This document shows positions 11,932 to 21,374 of a DNA stretch of 64,000 nucleotides, piece by piece. A program made the position numbers and the translations under genes. The notes under the pieces were generated by a model. It saw nothing but the letters and a program-made list of their open reading frames with translations. It was not told where the DNA came from and searched no databases. The stretch's first letter is position 1. Each line of letters opens with the position of its first letter. The stretch is from positions 194,406-258,405 of the forward strand of contig CAVXAE010000003.1 of assembly GCA_963759725.1 (NCBI GenBank), given 5' to 3'. Origin of the DNA: an uncultured Gammaproteobacteria bacterium (GTDB taxonomy: Bacteria > Pseudomonadota > Gammaproteobacteria > Steroidobacterales > Steroidobacteraceae).

Positions 11932-13146
11932 TCAGCCCAACCTACGGCCCTCGTATTGTCGGCCGAGCTTCCACGCAATCGCGCCCCAGACTACACAGAC
12001 TATGCCGCCGAATGCGGCGGCGCCTGCAGTGCCGGCGCCGAGGGATTTGAGGCCGGCGGTGAGCCACGCGGAGCTCAGATCGCCGAAGCGATAGATCACG
12101 GTGTCGATGACGTTCTTGGCCTTGTACTTGCTCTCCTGGTCGACCACCGTGAACAGCATCTCACGCCCCGGGCGGGCCACGGCGTACTCCGCGACTCGAC
12201 GCACCACCTGCACGCTCAACAGCATCGTAAGCACCGGCAGCGCGGCGACTCCGATGAACGCGAACAGCATCAGCGCCGGAACGATCATCAGCGCCGTAGT
12301 GATGCCATAGCGCAGAACCAGGCGGCTGGTGCCGAACAGCTGGATCAAAATGGCGCCCAGGTTCACGACCACATCGACCACCGCAAACGCCTGCGTGCGC
12401 GCTTCGCGACTGGCGAATGCCTTCGAGATGTGGTCCGCCTGCTCAAAATAAAGAATGGTCGACACCCAGGTGAGCATGAGCACGAAGGCCGAGATCAAAG
12501 CGAGGTATGGGGACTGGATGATCAGGCTGAAGCCCCGGAACGGATTACCGCCGATCTTCTTCTCCAGCTGCGTGGGCTGATAGTCGTGCCCCTGCAGCGC
12601 GCCGCTTGCAGCCATTGCCGCTTTCTCGCGCTCGAGCATGATCACCACGGCGATCGCAATCGCGAATCCGCACGCCGAGATCGGCAGCAGCGTGTTGCTG
12701 CTCACGTAGTTCACCAGCACCGCCGTGAGCGCCGGGCCAGCCACCGCCCCTACGCTACCGCCAGCGGCGACGAAGCCAAAAACGCGCTTGGCCTGCTGGC
12801 GCGAGAACACGTCCGCCATGAAGCTCCAGAACACCGAGACGATCAGCATGTTGAACACGCTGGTCCAGCAGTAGAAGACTCCGGCCAGCGTCCGGCTCTC
12901 GGGCGCGTGCTCGAACAGCACATAGAAGATGAGAATGTTGATGACGAAGAAGCCGTACGTCCACGGCAGCAGCGTCGACAGCTTCAGGCGCGAGGCGAAG
13001 TATCCGAACACCGGCGCCGCGATGAAGCTGAATATGAAGGTGTAGGTCCACAGCACTTCGAGCTCGTCGACGCCGTAGACCGTGCCCATCGCATCGCGCA
13101 CCGGGCGCAGGATGTAATAGCTGCCCAGCAGGAAGAAGAAATACAC
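11932..13146 (-). CDS. MFS-type transporter, ATP/ADP-translocase-like (COG3202/TLC-like)
   Basis: Intact polytopic ORF. N-terminal signature FFFLLGSYYILRPVRDAMG. The real start may lie up to about 70 nt upstream, since the frame stays open and no ATG is present. Confidence 0.6.
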   Translation of the reverse strand: MYFFFLLGSYYILRPVRDAMGTVYGVDELEVLWTYTFIFSFIAAPVFGYFASRLKLSTLLPWTYGFFVINILIFYVLFEHAPESRTLAGVFYCWTSVFNMLIVSVFWSFMADVFSRQQAKRVFGFVAAGGSVGAVAGPALTAVLVNYVSSNTLLPISACGFAIAIAVVIMLEREKAAMAASGALQGHDYQPTQLEKKIGGNPFRGFSLIIQSPYLALISAFVLMLTWVSTILYFEQADHISKAFASREARTQAFAVVDVVVNLGAILIQLFGTSRLVLRYGITTALMIVPALMLFAFIGVAALPVLTMLLSVQVVRRVAEYAVARPGREMLFTVVDQESKYKAKNVIDTVIYRFGDLSSAWLTAGLKSLGAGTAGAAAFGGIVCVVWGAIAWKLGRQYEGRRLG

Positions 13147-13237
13147 GAAGGAGAGCGAGACCGCCTTCGCCTCGTAAGGCTCGATCTCGCTCGCCCTTCG
13201 AAGCAGGCGATGGAACGCGGTTGAGATGATTCCCGCC

Positions 13238-14341
13238 TTATCCTTTGGCCTCAGGCGCCTGGTGCCAGGCCGTCAGGGTCTCCGCTTCCTTCGTGGGATC
13301 GAGCCCGGCCTGCAGTTTCGCCTGCCGATCCGCGGCTAGCGTCTTGAACCACGCCAGCGTGTCATGCACCGTCTCCTGCAGCGGCCGCGACTTGAGACCC
13401 GTTTTCGCCGCCGTCGTCACCGACGTGAGCGAAGCACCTGCATATTCACCCTTCATGGGTGACCAGGGCGGCAGGTCGAGCTCTTCCGGCTTCAAGGTTT
13501 TCGCCAGGAAGTCTTCCGAAACCCAGGTGACCTTCGTACCCGCCTGCGCGGACTCGCGCTGGCTCGCCTCGACGATGTCGCCGATCGTCAGCGACCCCGG
13601 CGGTGAGATCGCGTTGAAATTGCCCGTGGCGTGCGATTCCGCGAGCTTCATCATCCAACCGGTGAGGTCGCGCACGTCGATGACCTGGATAGGGTCGCGC
13701 GGCGTGCCGGGCGCCAGCATCTCGCCGCCGCGCGATGCGCGCACCGGCCAGTACGTGAATCGATCCGTTGGATCGAGCGGCCCGACGATATACCCCGGCC
13801 GCACGATGCTCGCGCGCCCGGCGAACGCGTCGCGCACGTATTGCTCGCAAAGCGCCTTCATCGGGCCGTACGTTTCGCCGGTCACCTCTTCCTGATTGGG
13901 ATCGGCCAGCTTGCCCGTGGCCGAGTTCTCATCGTTCGGTCTTGCGAAGCTCGCATAGGCCGATATGCTCGAGACATACACGCAGTGCCCCACGTTCGGC
14001 GCCAGCAAATCGGAGGACATCTTCACGAACTTCGGCACATAGCCGGAATTGTCGACGACGACATCCCACTTGCGCCCCTTCAAGGCATCGAGCTGACCGT
14101 TGCGGTCGCCGATGAGCGTTTCCACACCCGCTACGCCATCCGGATCGCGCTTGCCGCGGTTGAAGTGCGCGACTTTCCAGCCCTGGCGGATCGCCTCCTG
14201 CGTAAGGTGCGGCCCGATGAACCCGGTACCGCCCAGTACCAGCAATGTCTTCCCTTTGGCCTCGCCCAAGGCTCCGCGCGACAGCGCCGATTGGACGGCG
14301 AGCATCGCTCCGATCTGAAGTGCGTGACGTCGGGTGATCAT
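13238..14341 (-). CDS. Tat-exported NAD-dependent epimerase/dehydratase (SDR) family protein
   Basis: ATG at 14341 gives MITRRHALQIGAMLAVQSA (twin-arginine signal), then the Rossmann motif LVLGGTGFIGPH. The longer ORF-track N-terminus was judged spurious. Confidence 0.75.
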   Translation of the reverse strand: MITRRHALQIGAMLAVQSALSRGALGEAKGKTLLVLGGTGFIGPHLTQEAIRQGWKVAHFNRGKRDPDGVAGVETLIGDRNGQLDALKGRKWDVVVDNSGYVPKFVKMSSDLLAPNVGHCVYVSSISAYASFARPNDENSATGKLADPNQEEVTGETYGPMKALCEQYVRDAFAGRASIVRPGYIVGPLDPTDRFTYWPVRASRGGEMLAPGTPRDPIQVIDVRDLTGWMMKLAESHATGNFNAISPPGSLTIGDIVEASQRESAQAGTKVTWVSEDFLAKTLKPEELDLPPWSPMKGEYAGASLTSVTTAAKTGLKSRPLQETVHDTLAWFKTLAADRQAKLQAGLDPTKEAETLTAWHQAPEAKG

Positions 14342-14528
14342 GCAAGGCTCCTGGCGATGGTGTGCCGCGACTTTAACCTCGCGTGCCGTCAAGGGCATAG
14401 GCCGATTGCGGCCAGTGGAGGCCACCACGCGGTGGGCAGGCATCCCGGATGCGGTCATTCCGTATAGGTCGCGACCCGGCTCGCGGGCATCCTCCGCGCC
14501 CAAGAAATTGGCAGGGTCTTGCGAAACA

Positions 14529-15236
14529 GTGCAGCGCCAGAAGTCCCCCGGCTCCAGAGGTTCTCTAGCCGGCATCACCCGCTATTTGCAGCTCTACACG
14601 CACCTGGCCCAGGAGCTGGCGGACGGCCGCTTTTTGCCCGGGCAGGCCCTGCCGAGCGAGCCGGATCTGGTCAGGCAGCATGGGCTGTCGCGCACCACCG
14701 TGCGTCGCGCCCTCGACAGGCTGGAGCGCGAAGGCAGGATCGTCCGCCGGCGCGGCAGCGGAACCTACGCCAGGGAAAAGAAAAACGGCACACCGCTGGC
14801 GCTCGATCTCAGGGAGTTCTGCGATCCGCAATCCCAGGTCACGACCCAGAAGAACCTGCAATCGGGGGTGGCGCCCGTTTCGCCCGGCCTGCAGAGCCGT
14901 TACCCGATGCTCGGCGCACAGGCGCGCTTCGTGAAACGCTTGCGCATGAAAAACGGAGAGGCCTGCCGGCTCGAATCGGTCTACTACTGCAGTGGCGCTG
15001 GAACGCGCGGCACCCGCATCGAGACGGCAAAGCATGAGCTGTGCGCGGTGACCGCAGATCCCTTTGCGGCACGCCATCTCGGTGTGATCGCCGGTGCGCC
15101 GCTGCTGCGCATCCGTACCGAATTCAGTACGAAGGGGGGCGACCTCGTCGCGGTTGCAGAGAACCTGATGCGCTGCGACCGCGCGATCCTGGAAGTGTCG
15201 CTCGCGCCGTACCTCAAGCGCGCGCGGGGGCGTTAG
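14529..15236 (+). CDS. GntR/HutC-family transcriptional regulator
   Basis: LPSEPDLVRQHGLSRTTVRRALDRLEREGRIVRRRGSGTY winged HTH plus a UTRA-length C-terminus. Start is uncertain (GTG 14529 or TTG 14586). Confidence 0.7.
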   Translation: MQRQKSPGSRGSLAGITRYLQLYTHLAQELADGRFLPGQALPSEPDLVRQHGLSRTTVRRALDRLEREGRIVRRRGSGTYAREKKNGTPLALDLREFCDPQSQVTTQKNLQSGVAPVSPGLQSRYPMLGAQARFVKRLRMKNGEACRLESVYYCSGAGTRGTRIETAKHELCAVTADPFAARHLGVIAGAPLLRIRTEFSTKGGDLVAVAENLMRCDRAILEVSLAPYLKRARGR

Positions 15237-16936
15237 CCTGCCGAGCGCAGCTCGGAGCTCAGCAGCATTTCGAACTCTTCTGCGGACACTGGCGGGCCGT
15301 GCAGGTAGCCTTGCAGCTCCGCGCAGCCCAGCGCCTCGAGAATTCGCAATTGCTCCACGGTCTCCACGCCTTCGGCGATCACTCCGAGCTTGAGGGCACG
15401 CGCCAGCGCAACGATGGTCGCGATGACTGCGTGGCTCGCCGGATCTGTGGAGAGCCTGCGTGTGAAGGAGCAATCGATCTTCAGCATGTCCACCGGCAGT
15501 TGCGACAGGCGGGCCAGCGATGAATAGCCGGTGCCGAAGTCGTCGATGGCGATGCGCACCCCTTCGTTGCGGAGCATGGTCAGGGTATCCAGCAGGGACT
15601 CAGTGTGCTCGAGCACGGACTGCTCGGTGATCTCGAGTTCGAGGCGGCAGGGACCCTTGGTATGAAATGCGGTGAGCGCACGGAATCTGTCGCCGAAGTC
15701 CGGCCGATTGAGTTGCACGGCCGAAACATTGACTGCCACGCGCACTGACAGCCCATTCTTCTGCCAGCGGCGGCAATCATCGGCCGCGCGCTGAAGCGCC
15801 CACTCGCCGACCTGAACAATGAGTCCTGTACTCTCGAGCACGGGCAGGAACACAGAAGGCAGCACGAGGCCTTCCTGCGGATCCACCCATCGCAACAAGG
15901 CCTCAGCACCAATCACGCGACCGGTGCCCCGCTCCACCTGCGGTTGGTAGAACAGACGGAATTGATCCTGGTCGAGGGCGACGCGCAGGCGATGCTCGAG
16001 CGCGAGGCGCTGTGCCATCTCGGAATTCATTTCGGGACGATGCTGCAGGTGGCGCACTCCAGAGGTCTTCGCCTTATGCAGGGCAGCCTCAGCGTTCTGC
16101 AACACTGCGTCCGCATCGCGACCACTCTCGAGTCTCGCGAGCCCGCACTTCACGGACACGGGGATGTCCTGGCCTGCCACTGGCATCGGCTCGCCGAAGA
16201 TTGCGGCTACTTCGCGGTGCAGCGACTGCGCAGGATCGTCAGCGCGCGAATGGGACATGAGTGCGGCGAACGTGCCGCCTTCCAGATGCGCGATCAGGTT
16301 CGCCTCCTTGAACTGCTTGCGCATGCGCTGGGCGATTTCCTGAAGCAGCAGGTCGCCGGTGTAGCGGCCGAGCGAATCGTTGATCACGCTCAGGCATTCC
16401 ACGTCGAAGACCACGATCGCAGCCTCCACGGCGCTGCCGGCCTCGGAGACGTGTTGAGTGATGCGCTCGCAGAAAAGCGTGCGCCGGGCGAGCCCCGTGA
16501 GCGCATCGAAATACGTGAGACGGCGGACGTGCGTTTCCGCTCTGCGCCGCGCGGCATGAGCGGCTGCTTCATCCAGTGCGCGGCGAACGGCGGGGCCGAG
16601 ACGCGCCAAATTGCTTTTGAGAACGTAGTCCACGGCGCCGTGTTGAAGCGCCTCGATCGCGCGCTCCTCTCCAATGGTGCCGGAGACGAACATGAAGGGT
16701 ACGTGCGGCGCCTCGGCGGAAGCGATGGCGAGCGCCGTCAGGCCGCTGAACTGCGGCAGGCTGAAGTCGGAAATGATCAGGCCGGGCTGGAATTCGGCGA
16801 GCGCGCTGCGCAACTCGCTTTCAGTCTCGACGCGGCGCCAGGAGCACGCAATGCCCGCCGCCTTGATGCGCCGGATCTCGAGCTCGGCGTCGGTCGGTAC
16901 ATCCTCCACGACCAGTATTCGCAATTCCGGATCCAT
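15233..16936 (-). CDS. response-regulator receiver, degenerate GGDEF, EAL c-di-GMP phosphodiesterase
   Basis: REC: ILVVEDVPTD...LIISDFSLP. The GGDEF position reads LEGGTFAAL (degenerate). EAL motifs are intact: GAEALLRW, LEITE, DDFGTGYSS. Confidence 0.85.
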   Translation of the reverse strand: MDPELRILVVEDVPTDAELEIRRIKAAGIACSWRRVETESELRSALAEFQPGLIISDFSLPQFSGLTALAIASAEAPHVPFMFVSGTIGEERAIEALQHGAVDYVLKSNLARLGPAVRRALDEAAAHAARRRAETHVRRLTYFDALTGLARRTLFCERITQHVSEAGSAVEAAIVVFDVECLSVINDSLGRYTGDLLLQEIAQRMRKQFKEANLIAHLEGGTFAALMSHSRADDPAQSLHREVAAIFGEPMPVAGQDIPVSVKCGLARLESGRDADAVLQNAEAALHKAKTSGVRHLQHRPEMNSEMAQRLALEHRLRVALDQDQFRLFYQPQVERGTGRVIGAEALLRWVDPQEGLVLPSVFLPVLESTGLIVQVGEWALQRAADDCRRWQKNGLSVRVAVNVSAVQLNRPDFGDRFRALTAFHTKGPCRLELEITEQSVLEHTESLLDTLTMLRNEGVRIAIDDFGTGYSSLARLSQLPVDMLKIDCSFTRRLSTDPASHAVIATIVALARALKLGVIAEGVETVEQLRILEALGCAELQGYLHGPPVSAEEFEMLLSSELRSAG

Positions 16937-17013
16937 CGATCCCTCCCTGGGAAGCGTGAATCAGTATCGCCCAGGGCCGCTAATTAGGGAACTTTGCTTA
17001 TGTGACCGCGCGC

Positions 17014-18105
17014 TCAAACATTGAAGCGGAAGTGCATCACATCTCCCTCGCGGACCAGGTATTCCTTGCCTTCCAGCCTCAATTTGCCGCTCTCGCGCGC
17101 TCCGGCCTCGCCCTTGCCGGCGATGTAATCCGCAAAAGCGATGACTTCGGCCCGTATGAAACCTCTCTCGAAGTCGGTATGGATTGCGCCCGCCGCCTGG
17201 GGCGCCGTTGCGCCCTGGCGCACAGTCCAGGCCCGTACTTCTTTCGGTCCAGCCGTGAAATAGGTCTGCAGCCCCAATAGCCGATATGCGGCACGGATCA
17301 CACGATTGAGGCCGGGCTCGTCGAGCTTGAGCTCCGCGAGGAATTCCGCTCGATCCGCTTCTTCCAGCTGGGAGATTTCCGCTTCAATCGCTGCGCAGAC
17401 CGCGACCACGACGGCGCCTTCGGAATTCGCGCGCCGGGTGACGGCGTCCAGAAATGCATTATTGCTGAAACCGTTTTCCATCACGTTGGCCACGTACATG
17501 ACGGGCTTTGCGGTGAGCAGGTGCAGCTCATAGAGATCGCGTTTTTCGTCTTCCGTCAACTTCATCTGCCGCACGGGCTTTGCCTGGTCGAGATGCGATT
17601 TCACCTTCTCGAACAGCACTCGCTTGCGGACGGCATCCTTGTCGCCGCCCTTGGTGGCCTTGATCGCGCGGTCCACGGCCTTCTCGATCGAAGCGAGATC
17701 CGCGAGCGCAAGCTCGGTGTCGATGATTTCGATGTCCGAGATAGGATCGATCCTTCCCGAGACGTGCACCACATCGGCGTTTTCGAAGCAACGCACGACG
17801 TGCGCGATCGCATCCACCTCTCTGATGTGCGCCAGGAATTTGTTGCCGAGGCCTTCGCCCTGCGATGCGCCTGCGACGAGCCCCGCGATGTCGACGAACT
17901 CGACGGTGGTCGGCAGGATTTTCTCGGGCTTCGCGATCGCCGCCAGCTCATCGAGCCGCGGATCCGGCACCGGCACCACGCCGACGTTCGGGTCGATCGT
18001 GCAGAACGGATAGTTCTCCGCCGCGATCTGCGCGCGCGTCAGCGCATTAAAGAGAGTGGATTTGCCCACGTTCGGCAGCCCCACGATTCCACATCTGATT
18101 GGCAT
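17014..18105 (-). CDS. ychF: redox-regulated ribosome-binding ATPase YchF
   Basis: [23 protein letters not shown]...[14 protein letters not shown]...VMHFRFNV, near-collinear with E. coli YchF. The ATG overlaps the pth stop (TGATG). Confidence 0.95.
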   Translation of the reverse strand: MPIRCGIVGLPNVGKSTLFNALTRAQIAAENYPFCTIDPNVGVVPVPDPRLDELAAIAKPEKILPTTVEFVDIAGLVAGASQGEGLGNKFLAHIREVDAIAHVVRCFENADVVHVSGRIDPISDIEIIDTELALADLASIEKAVDRAIKATKGGDKDAVRKRVLFEKVKSHLDQAKPVRQMKLTEDEKRDLYELHLLTAKPVMYVANVMENGFSNNAFLDAVTRRANSEGAVVVAVCAAIEAEISQLEEADRAEFLAELKLDEPGLNRVIRAAYRLLGLQTYFTAGPKEVRAWTVRQGATAPQAAGAIHTDFERGFIRAEVIAFADYIAGKGEAGARESGKLRLEGKEYLVREGDVMHFRFNV

Positions 18106-18686
18106 CAAATCTCGCCTCGAGTGTGCAGCCGGTTCATCGCTATCTGCGCGCCCTCTTCCAGCATGAGAGGCAACGCATCGGCCGCGGTTGTTACCGCCTC
18201 GCGGATCGCCTGTTCATCGGCCGCCGAGGGCCGGCTGAGTACATGCTCGATTCCCTCGCGCGGCGGCTTTCCAATTCCAATTCTGAAACGCCAGAAGTCC
18301 GGGCCGAGCTGCGCCACCAGGTCTTTCACTCCATTGTGACCCGCCGCTCCGCCGCCCTGCTTCAAACGCACGGTGCCCGGCAGGAAATCCAGCTCGTCAT
18401 AGGCGACCAGGATTTCATCCACCACCGCCTTGTAGAAATTCGCGACGCTCTGCGCGGGGCCGCCGCTTCTATTCATATAGGTCTGCGGCTTCAGCAGCCA
18501 CAGATCAGAGGCGCCAACGCGGATTCGCGCCAGCGCCCCCTGATGCTTCGCCTCATGCCGAAAGCTGCCGCCATGCCGGCGTGCCAGCTCCTCGACGAAC
18601 CAGAAGCCGACGTTGTGCCGCGTCTTTTCGTACTCGGCGCCTGGATTGCCGAGCCCGACGACCAGTTTGAGTGCAGTCCCCGGCAC
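18105..18686 (-). CDS. pth: peptidyl-tRNA hydrolase
   Basis: [23 protein letters not shown]...GHNGVKD motifs. GTG start. Confidence 0.9.
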   Translation of the reverse strand: MPGTALKLVVGLGNPGAEYEKTRHNVGFWFVEELARRHGGSFRHEAKHQGALARIRVGASDLWLLKPQTYMNRSGGPAQSVANFYKAVVDEILVAYDELDFLPGTVRLKQGGGAAGHNGVKDLVAQLGPDFWRFRIGIGKPPREGIEHVLSRPSAADEQAIREAVTTAADALPLMLEEGAQIAMNRLHTRGEI

Positions 18687-18707
18687 AACGCTCTCCCCGA
18701 CGGAGAG

Positions 18708-19436
18708 TTACTTCTTGCCCTCTTTCTTGGCGGGAGCCGCGGCCTTGTCGTCCTTCTTGGCATCTGCGCCAGGAGCAGCGGCCGCCCCAGCAGCGGGAGC
18801 AGCAGCCGCGCCTTCGGCGGGTGCAGCAACTGCAGCCTCGGCAACCGGCTCGGGCTCTTCCGCACGCGGGCTGTGGATCGAGACCACCGGCGAATTCTGG
18901 CCGTGAGTCAGAGCCGTGATCGTCACGTTCGGCGGCAGCGGAATGTCGGCCAGGAACTTCGTTTCGTTGAGGCTCATCTGCGACATGTCGATCTCGAGGA
19001 ACTCGGGGAGATCCTTCGGCAGGCAGGTGACTTCGACGTCAGACATGCGGTGCGAGACCACGCCGCCCTGAGTCTTCACGCCGGGCGAAATGTTCGCATT
19101 CTTGAAGTGAATCGGCAGATGCAACCGAATCTGCTCGTTCTCGACCACGCGCTGCAGGTCGACGTGTACGACGACGTTGCGGGCGGGGTGCATCTGCACA
19201 TCCTTGATGATGGCCGCCTGCGTCACCGAGCCCACTTTGAGCTGCACGATGGACGAGTAGAAACGCTCGCTGTCGATCATGGTCAACAGATTCTGCTGGT
19301 CGAGGACCAGCGCCTTCGGCTCTTTATGGCCGCCGTAGAGAATGGCCGGAACCTTGCCCGTGTGACGCAGGCGGCGGCTCGCACCTTTGCCTTGCGTCTC
19401 GCGGAAGTCCGCACCGATGGTGAATGAAATACGCAT
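18708..19436 (-). CDS. rplY: 50S ribosomal protein L25/general stress protein Ctc (long form)
   Basis: MRISFTIGADFRETQGKGASRRLRHTGKVPAILYGG..., with an Ala/Pro/Lys-rich C-terminal tail. AGGAGA RBS upstream. Confidence 0.9.
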   Translation of the reverse strand: MRISFTIGADFRETQGKGASRRLRHTGKVPAILYGGHKEPKALVLDQQNLLTMIDSERFYSSIVQLKVGSVTQAAIIKDVQMHPARNVVVHVDLQRVVENEQIRLHLPIHFKNANISPGVKTQGGVVSHRMSDVEVTCLPKDLPEFLEIDMSQMSLNETKFLADIPLPPNVTITALTHGQNSPVVSIHSPRAEEPEPVAEAAVAAPAEGAAAAPAAGAAAAPGADAKKDDKAAAPAKKEGKK

Positions 19437-19497
19437 GTTGTCTCCTGATGTTGAACAAGGCACCCCGTCGCGACCAGCGGGCTGCCACCTAAAAAAA

Positions 19498-20454
19498 TTA
19501 GTCGACGTAAAGCGAGCTCACCGACTCTTCGTCGCGGATGCGACGGATCGTCTCGGCGAGCAGGCCCGCGACTGAGAGTTGCCGTATGCGCCCGCAGGCT
19601 TTGGCATCCTTCGAGAGCGGGATCGTGTCCGTGACCACCAGCTCATCGAGCGCAGACTTCGAGATCTTCTCGACCGCGTTACCGGAGAGCACGGGGTGCG
19701 TGATGTACGCCACCACCTTCAAAGCGCCCTCGTCCTTCAACGCCTGCGCGGCCTGGCACAACGTGCCGGCTGTATCCACCATGTCGTCGATGAGTACGCA
19801 GGTCTTGTCCTGCACCTCGCCAATGATGTTCATCACCTTCGACTCATTCGGTCGCGGACGCCGCTTATCGATGATCGCCAACTCCGCATCATCCAACGCC
19901 TTCGCCAACGCGCGCGCGCGTACCACGCCGCCCACGTCCGGCGAGACGACAACCATGTCCTGGTAACTCTGTCGCCACACATCGCCAAGCAACACAGGCG
20001 AGCCGTACACATTATCTACAGGGATGTCGAAGAACCCCTGGATCTGATCCGCGTGCAGATCGATGGTCAGCAGGCGGTTCACGCCGGCGCTCGAGATCAT
20101 GTTCGCGACAACCTTCGCCGTGATCGCCATGCGCGTCGCGCGCGGGCGGCGGTCCTGACGGGCGTATCCAAAATAAGGCACGACCGCGGTGATGCGCGCG
20201 GCCGATGCCCGTCGGCACGCGTCGACCATCACGACCAACTCCATCAAATGGTCATTGGCCGGCGGGCTGGTCGGCTGGATGATGAAGACGTCGCGCCCGC
20301 GGACGTTCTCCATGATCTCGATGTTGACCTCGCCGTCGCTGAAGCGACCTACGGAGGCGCGGCCGAGGGGCATGCCCAGGTGGCGGGCGATGTCCTGCGC
20401 CAGCACGGGGTTGGAGTTGCCCGCGAATAGCGAGATCGTTTCGGTGGTGGTCAA
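19498..20454 (-). CDS. prs: ribose-phosphate pyrophosphokinase
   Basis: [18 protein letters not shown]...[10 protein letters not shown]...[14 protein letters not shown]...DDMVDTAGT motifs. TTG start. Confidence 0.95.
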   Translation of the reverse strand: MTTTETISLFAGNSNPVLAQDIARHLGMPLGRASVGRFSDGEVNIEIMENVRGRDVFIIQPTSPPANDHLMELVVMVDACRRASAARITAVVPYFGYARQDRRPRATRMAITAKVVANMISSAGVNRLLTIDLHADQIQGFFDIPVDNVYGSPVLLGDVWRQSYQDMVVVSPDVGGVVRARALAKALDDAELAIIDKRRPRPNESKVMNIIGEVQDKTCVLIDDMVDTAGTLCQAAQALKDEGALKVVAYITHPVLSGNAVEKISKSALDELVVTDTIPLSKDAKACGRIRQLSVAGLLAETIRRIRDEESVSSLYVD

Positions 20455-21131
20455 AGTCGCTCTCGGGGCGAAGCCAGAACTAGATTCAAATCAGTAAGTT
20501 AGCAAGGCAATGCCGGATATGATCGTTGAGCCGGCAGCCGGCTGGGGCCGACGCCCAGACCGGGGCGCGCATGCTAGCACAGGGGGGATGTAAGCGAAGG
20601 AGCGCATGCGCCCCTGTAATAGCGCGTTTGGGCCTGTAAACCATTGCCTCCGCTAAGCTCGTCAGAAGCCCGAAAAGTGACGGGTGCCGAGCCCGTCTAC
20701 ATGAGCTCGCGCATCGGCATTTGGAGGCAGTCAATCAACTATTAACAGTGCTTCGAGCTTGCGTTCATCAATCAGCTCTCTGTCCTGCGGGAAGACTTCC
20801 GTGCCGATGTAGGTTTAGTGAGGGGGCGGTCGCAATCCTTACATTCGACTGGGACCGGGCGCTTGTCATCGCCACCCAGGTCCAGCTCGGCTGTTACCCC
20901 GAGTCTCGAAAGCCCCTTTCGGGATCGGCGGTAATGATTAGGTGCCAGAGGCGAAATCAAGCCGCCTGTACTCACAAAATCAACGAGTTAGCTAACAATT
21001 GGGGCGATCTCTGTGGCGCTCGCCAACCCCGGCCGGGCAATCACACTCCGGCGAATGCATCAAACTGTTCCCGGCCAATCTGAAGATTCAGGTATTCGCG
21101 TTTGCCGTCGGGGCGACGCCTCCACTTTGAA

Positions 21132-21374
21132 TCAGGTCAAGTCCATCGATCGAAACGACTGCGACCATATCGCACTTTGCCCAGGTCTCCGCGCCCTCTC
21201 CGGGGATCGGGTTCTGCTGAAGCCGGTAGTGTGCTCTTCGATTTCCGCAAGCGCCGTCGTGCTGAGCGGGACCACGGCGACCAACTTGCGGTTTGTCTTG
21301 TGACCTCTCAAGAGCACAACGGCCGTCGCTTGTGTCGAAGCGAGGTGGACACTGCGGCCGCTAACCAGCCGCAC
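21132..21374 (-). pseudogene. tyrosine-recombinase (integrase)-like internal fragment
   Basis: VVLLRGHKTNRKLVAVVPLSTTALAEIEEH resembles the G-K-x-x-K-x-R-x-VPLS segment of the integrase catalytic domain. It has no N-terminus (abuts the ptrB stop) and no recognisable downstream H-x-x-R/Y boxes. Confidence 0.3.

Noticed and set aside
11917-11941. Hairpin GTTGGGCT-N9-AGCCCAAC between tRNA-Met and the convergent transporter, considered as a bidirectional terminator.
   Set aside because: There is no U-tract on either strand, and the 3' arm overlaps the transporter stop codon. It cannot be distinguished from a chance GC-rich stem.
11908-13224. Very long ORFs antisense to real genes. Examples: 11908-13224 (+), 15944-16987 (+), 18099-19427 (+), 25416-26975 (+), 30923-32203 (+), 39882-41534 (+), 48658-49314 (+).
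   Set aside because: They are Arg/Ala/His/Asp-rich, low-complexity translations with no family motifs. Each lies exactly opposite a gene with clear homology. These are typical stop-poor shadow frames of high-GC DNA.
13238-14578. Long N-terminal extensions in the ORF track. Examples: 13238-14578, 27235-28869, 42058-43044, 46405-47709, 39543-42041, 59480-60517, 22764-23774.
   Set aside because: Internal starts give canonical N-termini (Tat or Sec signals, a lipobox, conserved first motifs). The upstream parts are non-homologous or belong to neighbouring remnants.
20539-20614. Calling a tRNA-Gln or a structured ncRNA directly upstream of prs (GGCTGGGGC... similarity to the 56.9 kb fragment; long imperfect hairpin 20562-20614).
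   Set aside because: No T loop (TTCGAA) and no cloverleaf can be drawn. The similarity is limited to about 9 contiguous nt plus scattered matches. The hairpin matches no ncRNA family I recognise. It is kept only as a weak note in the prs-junction finding.
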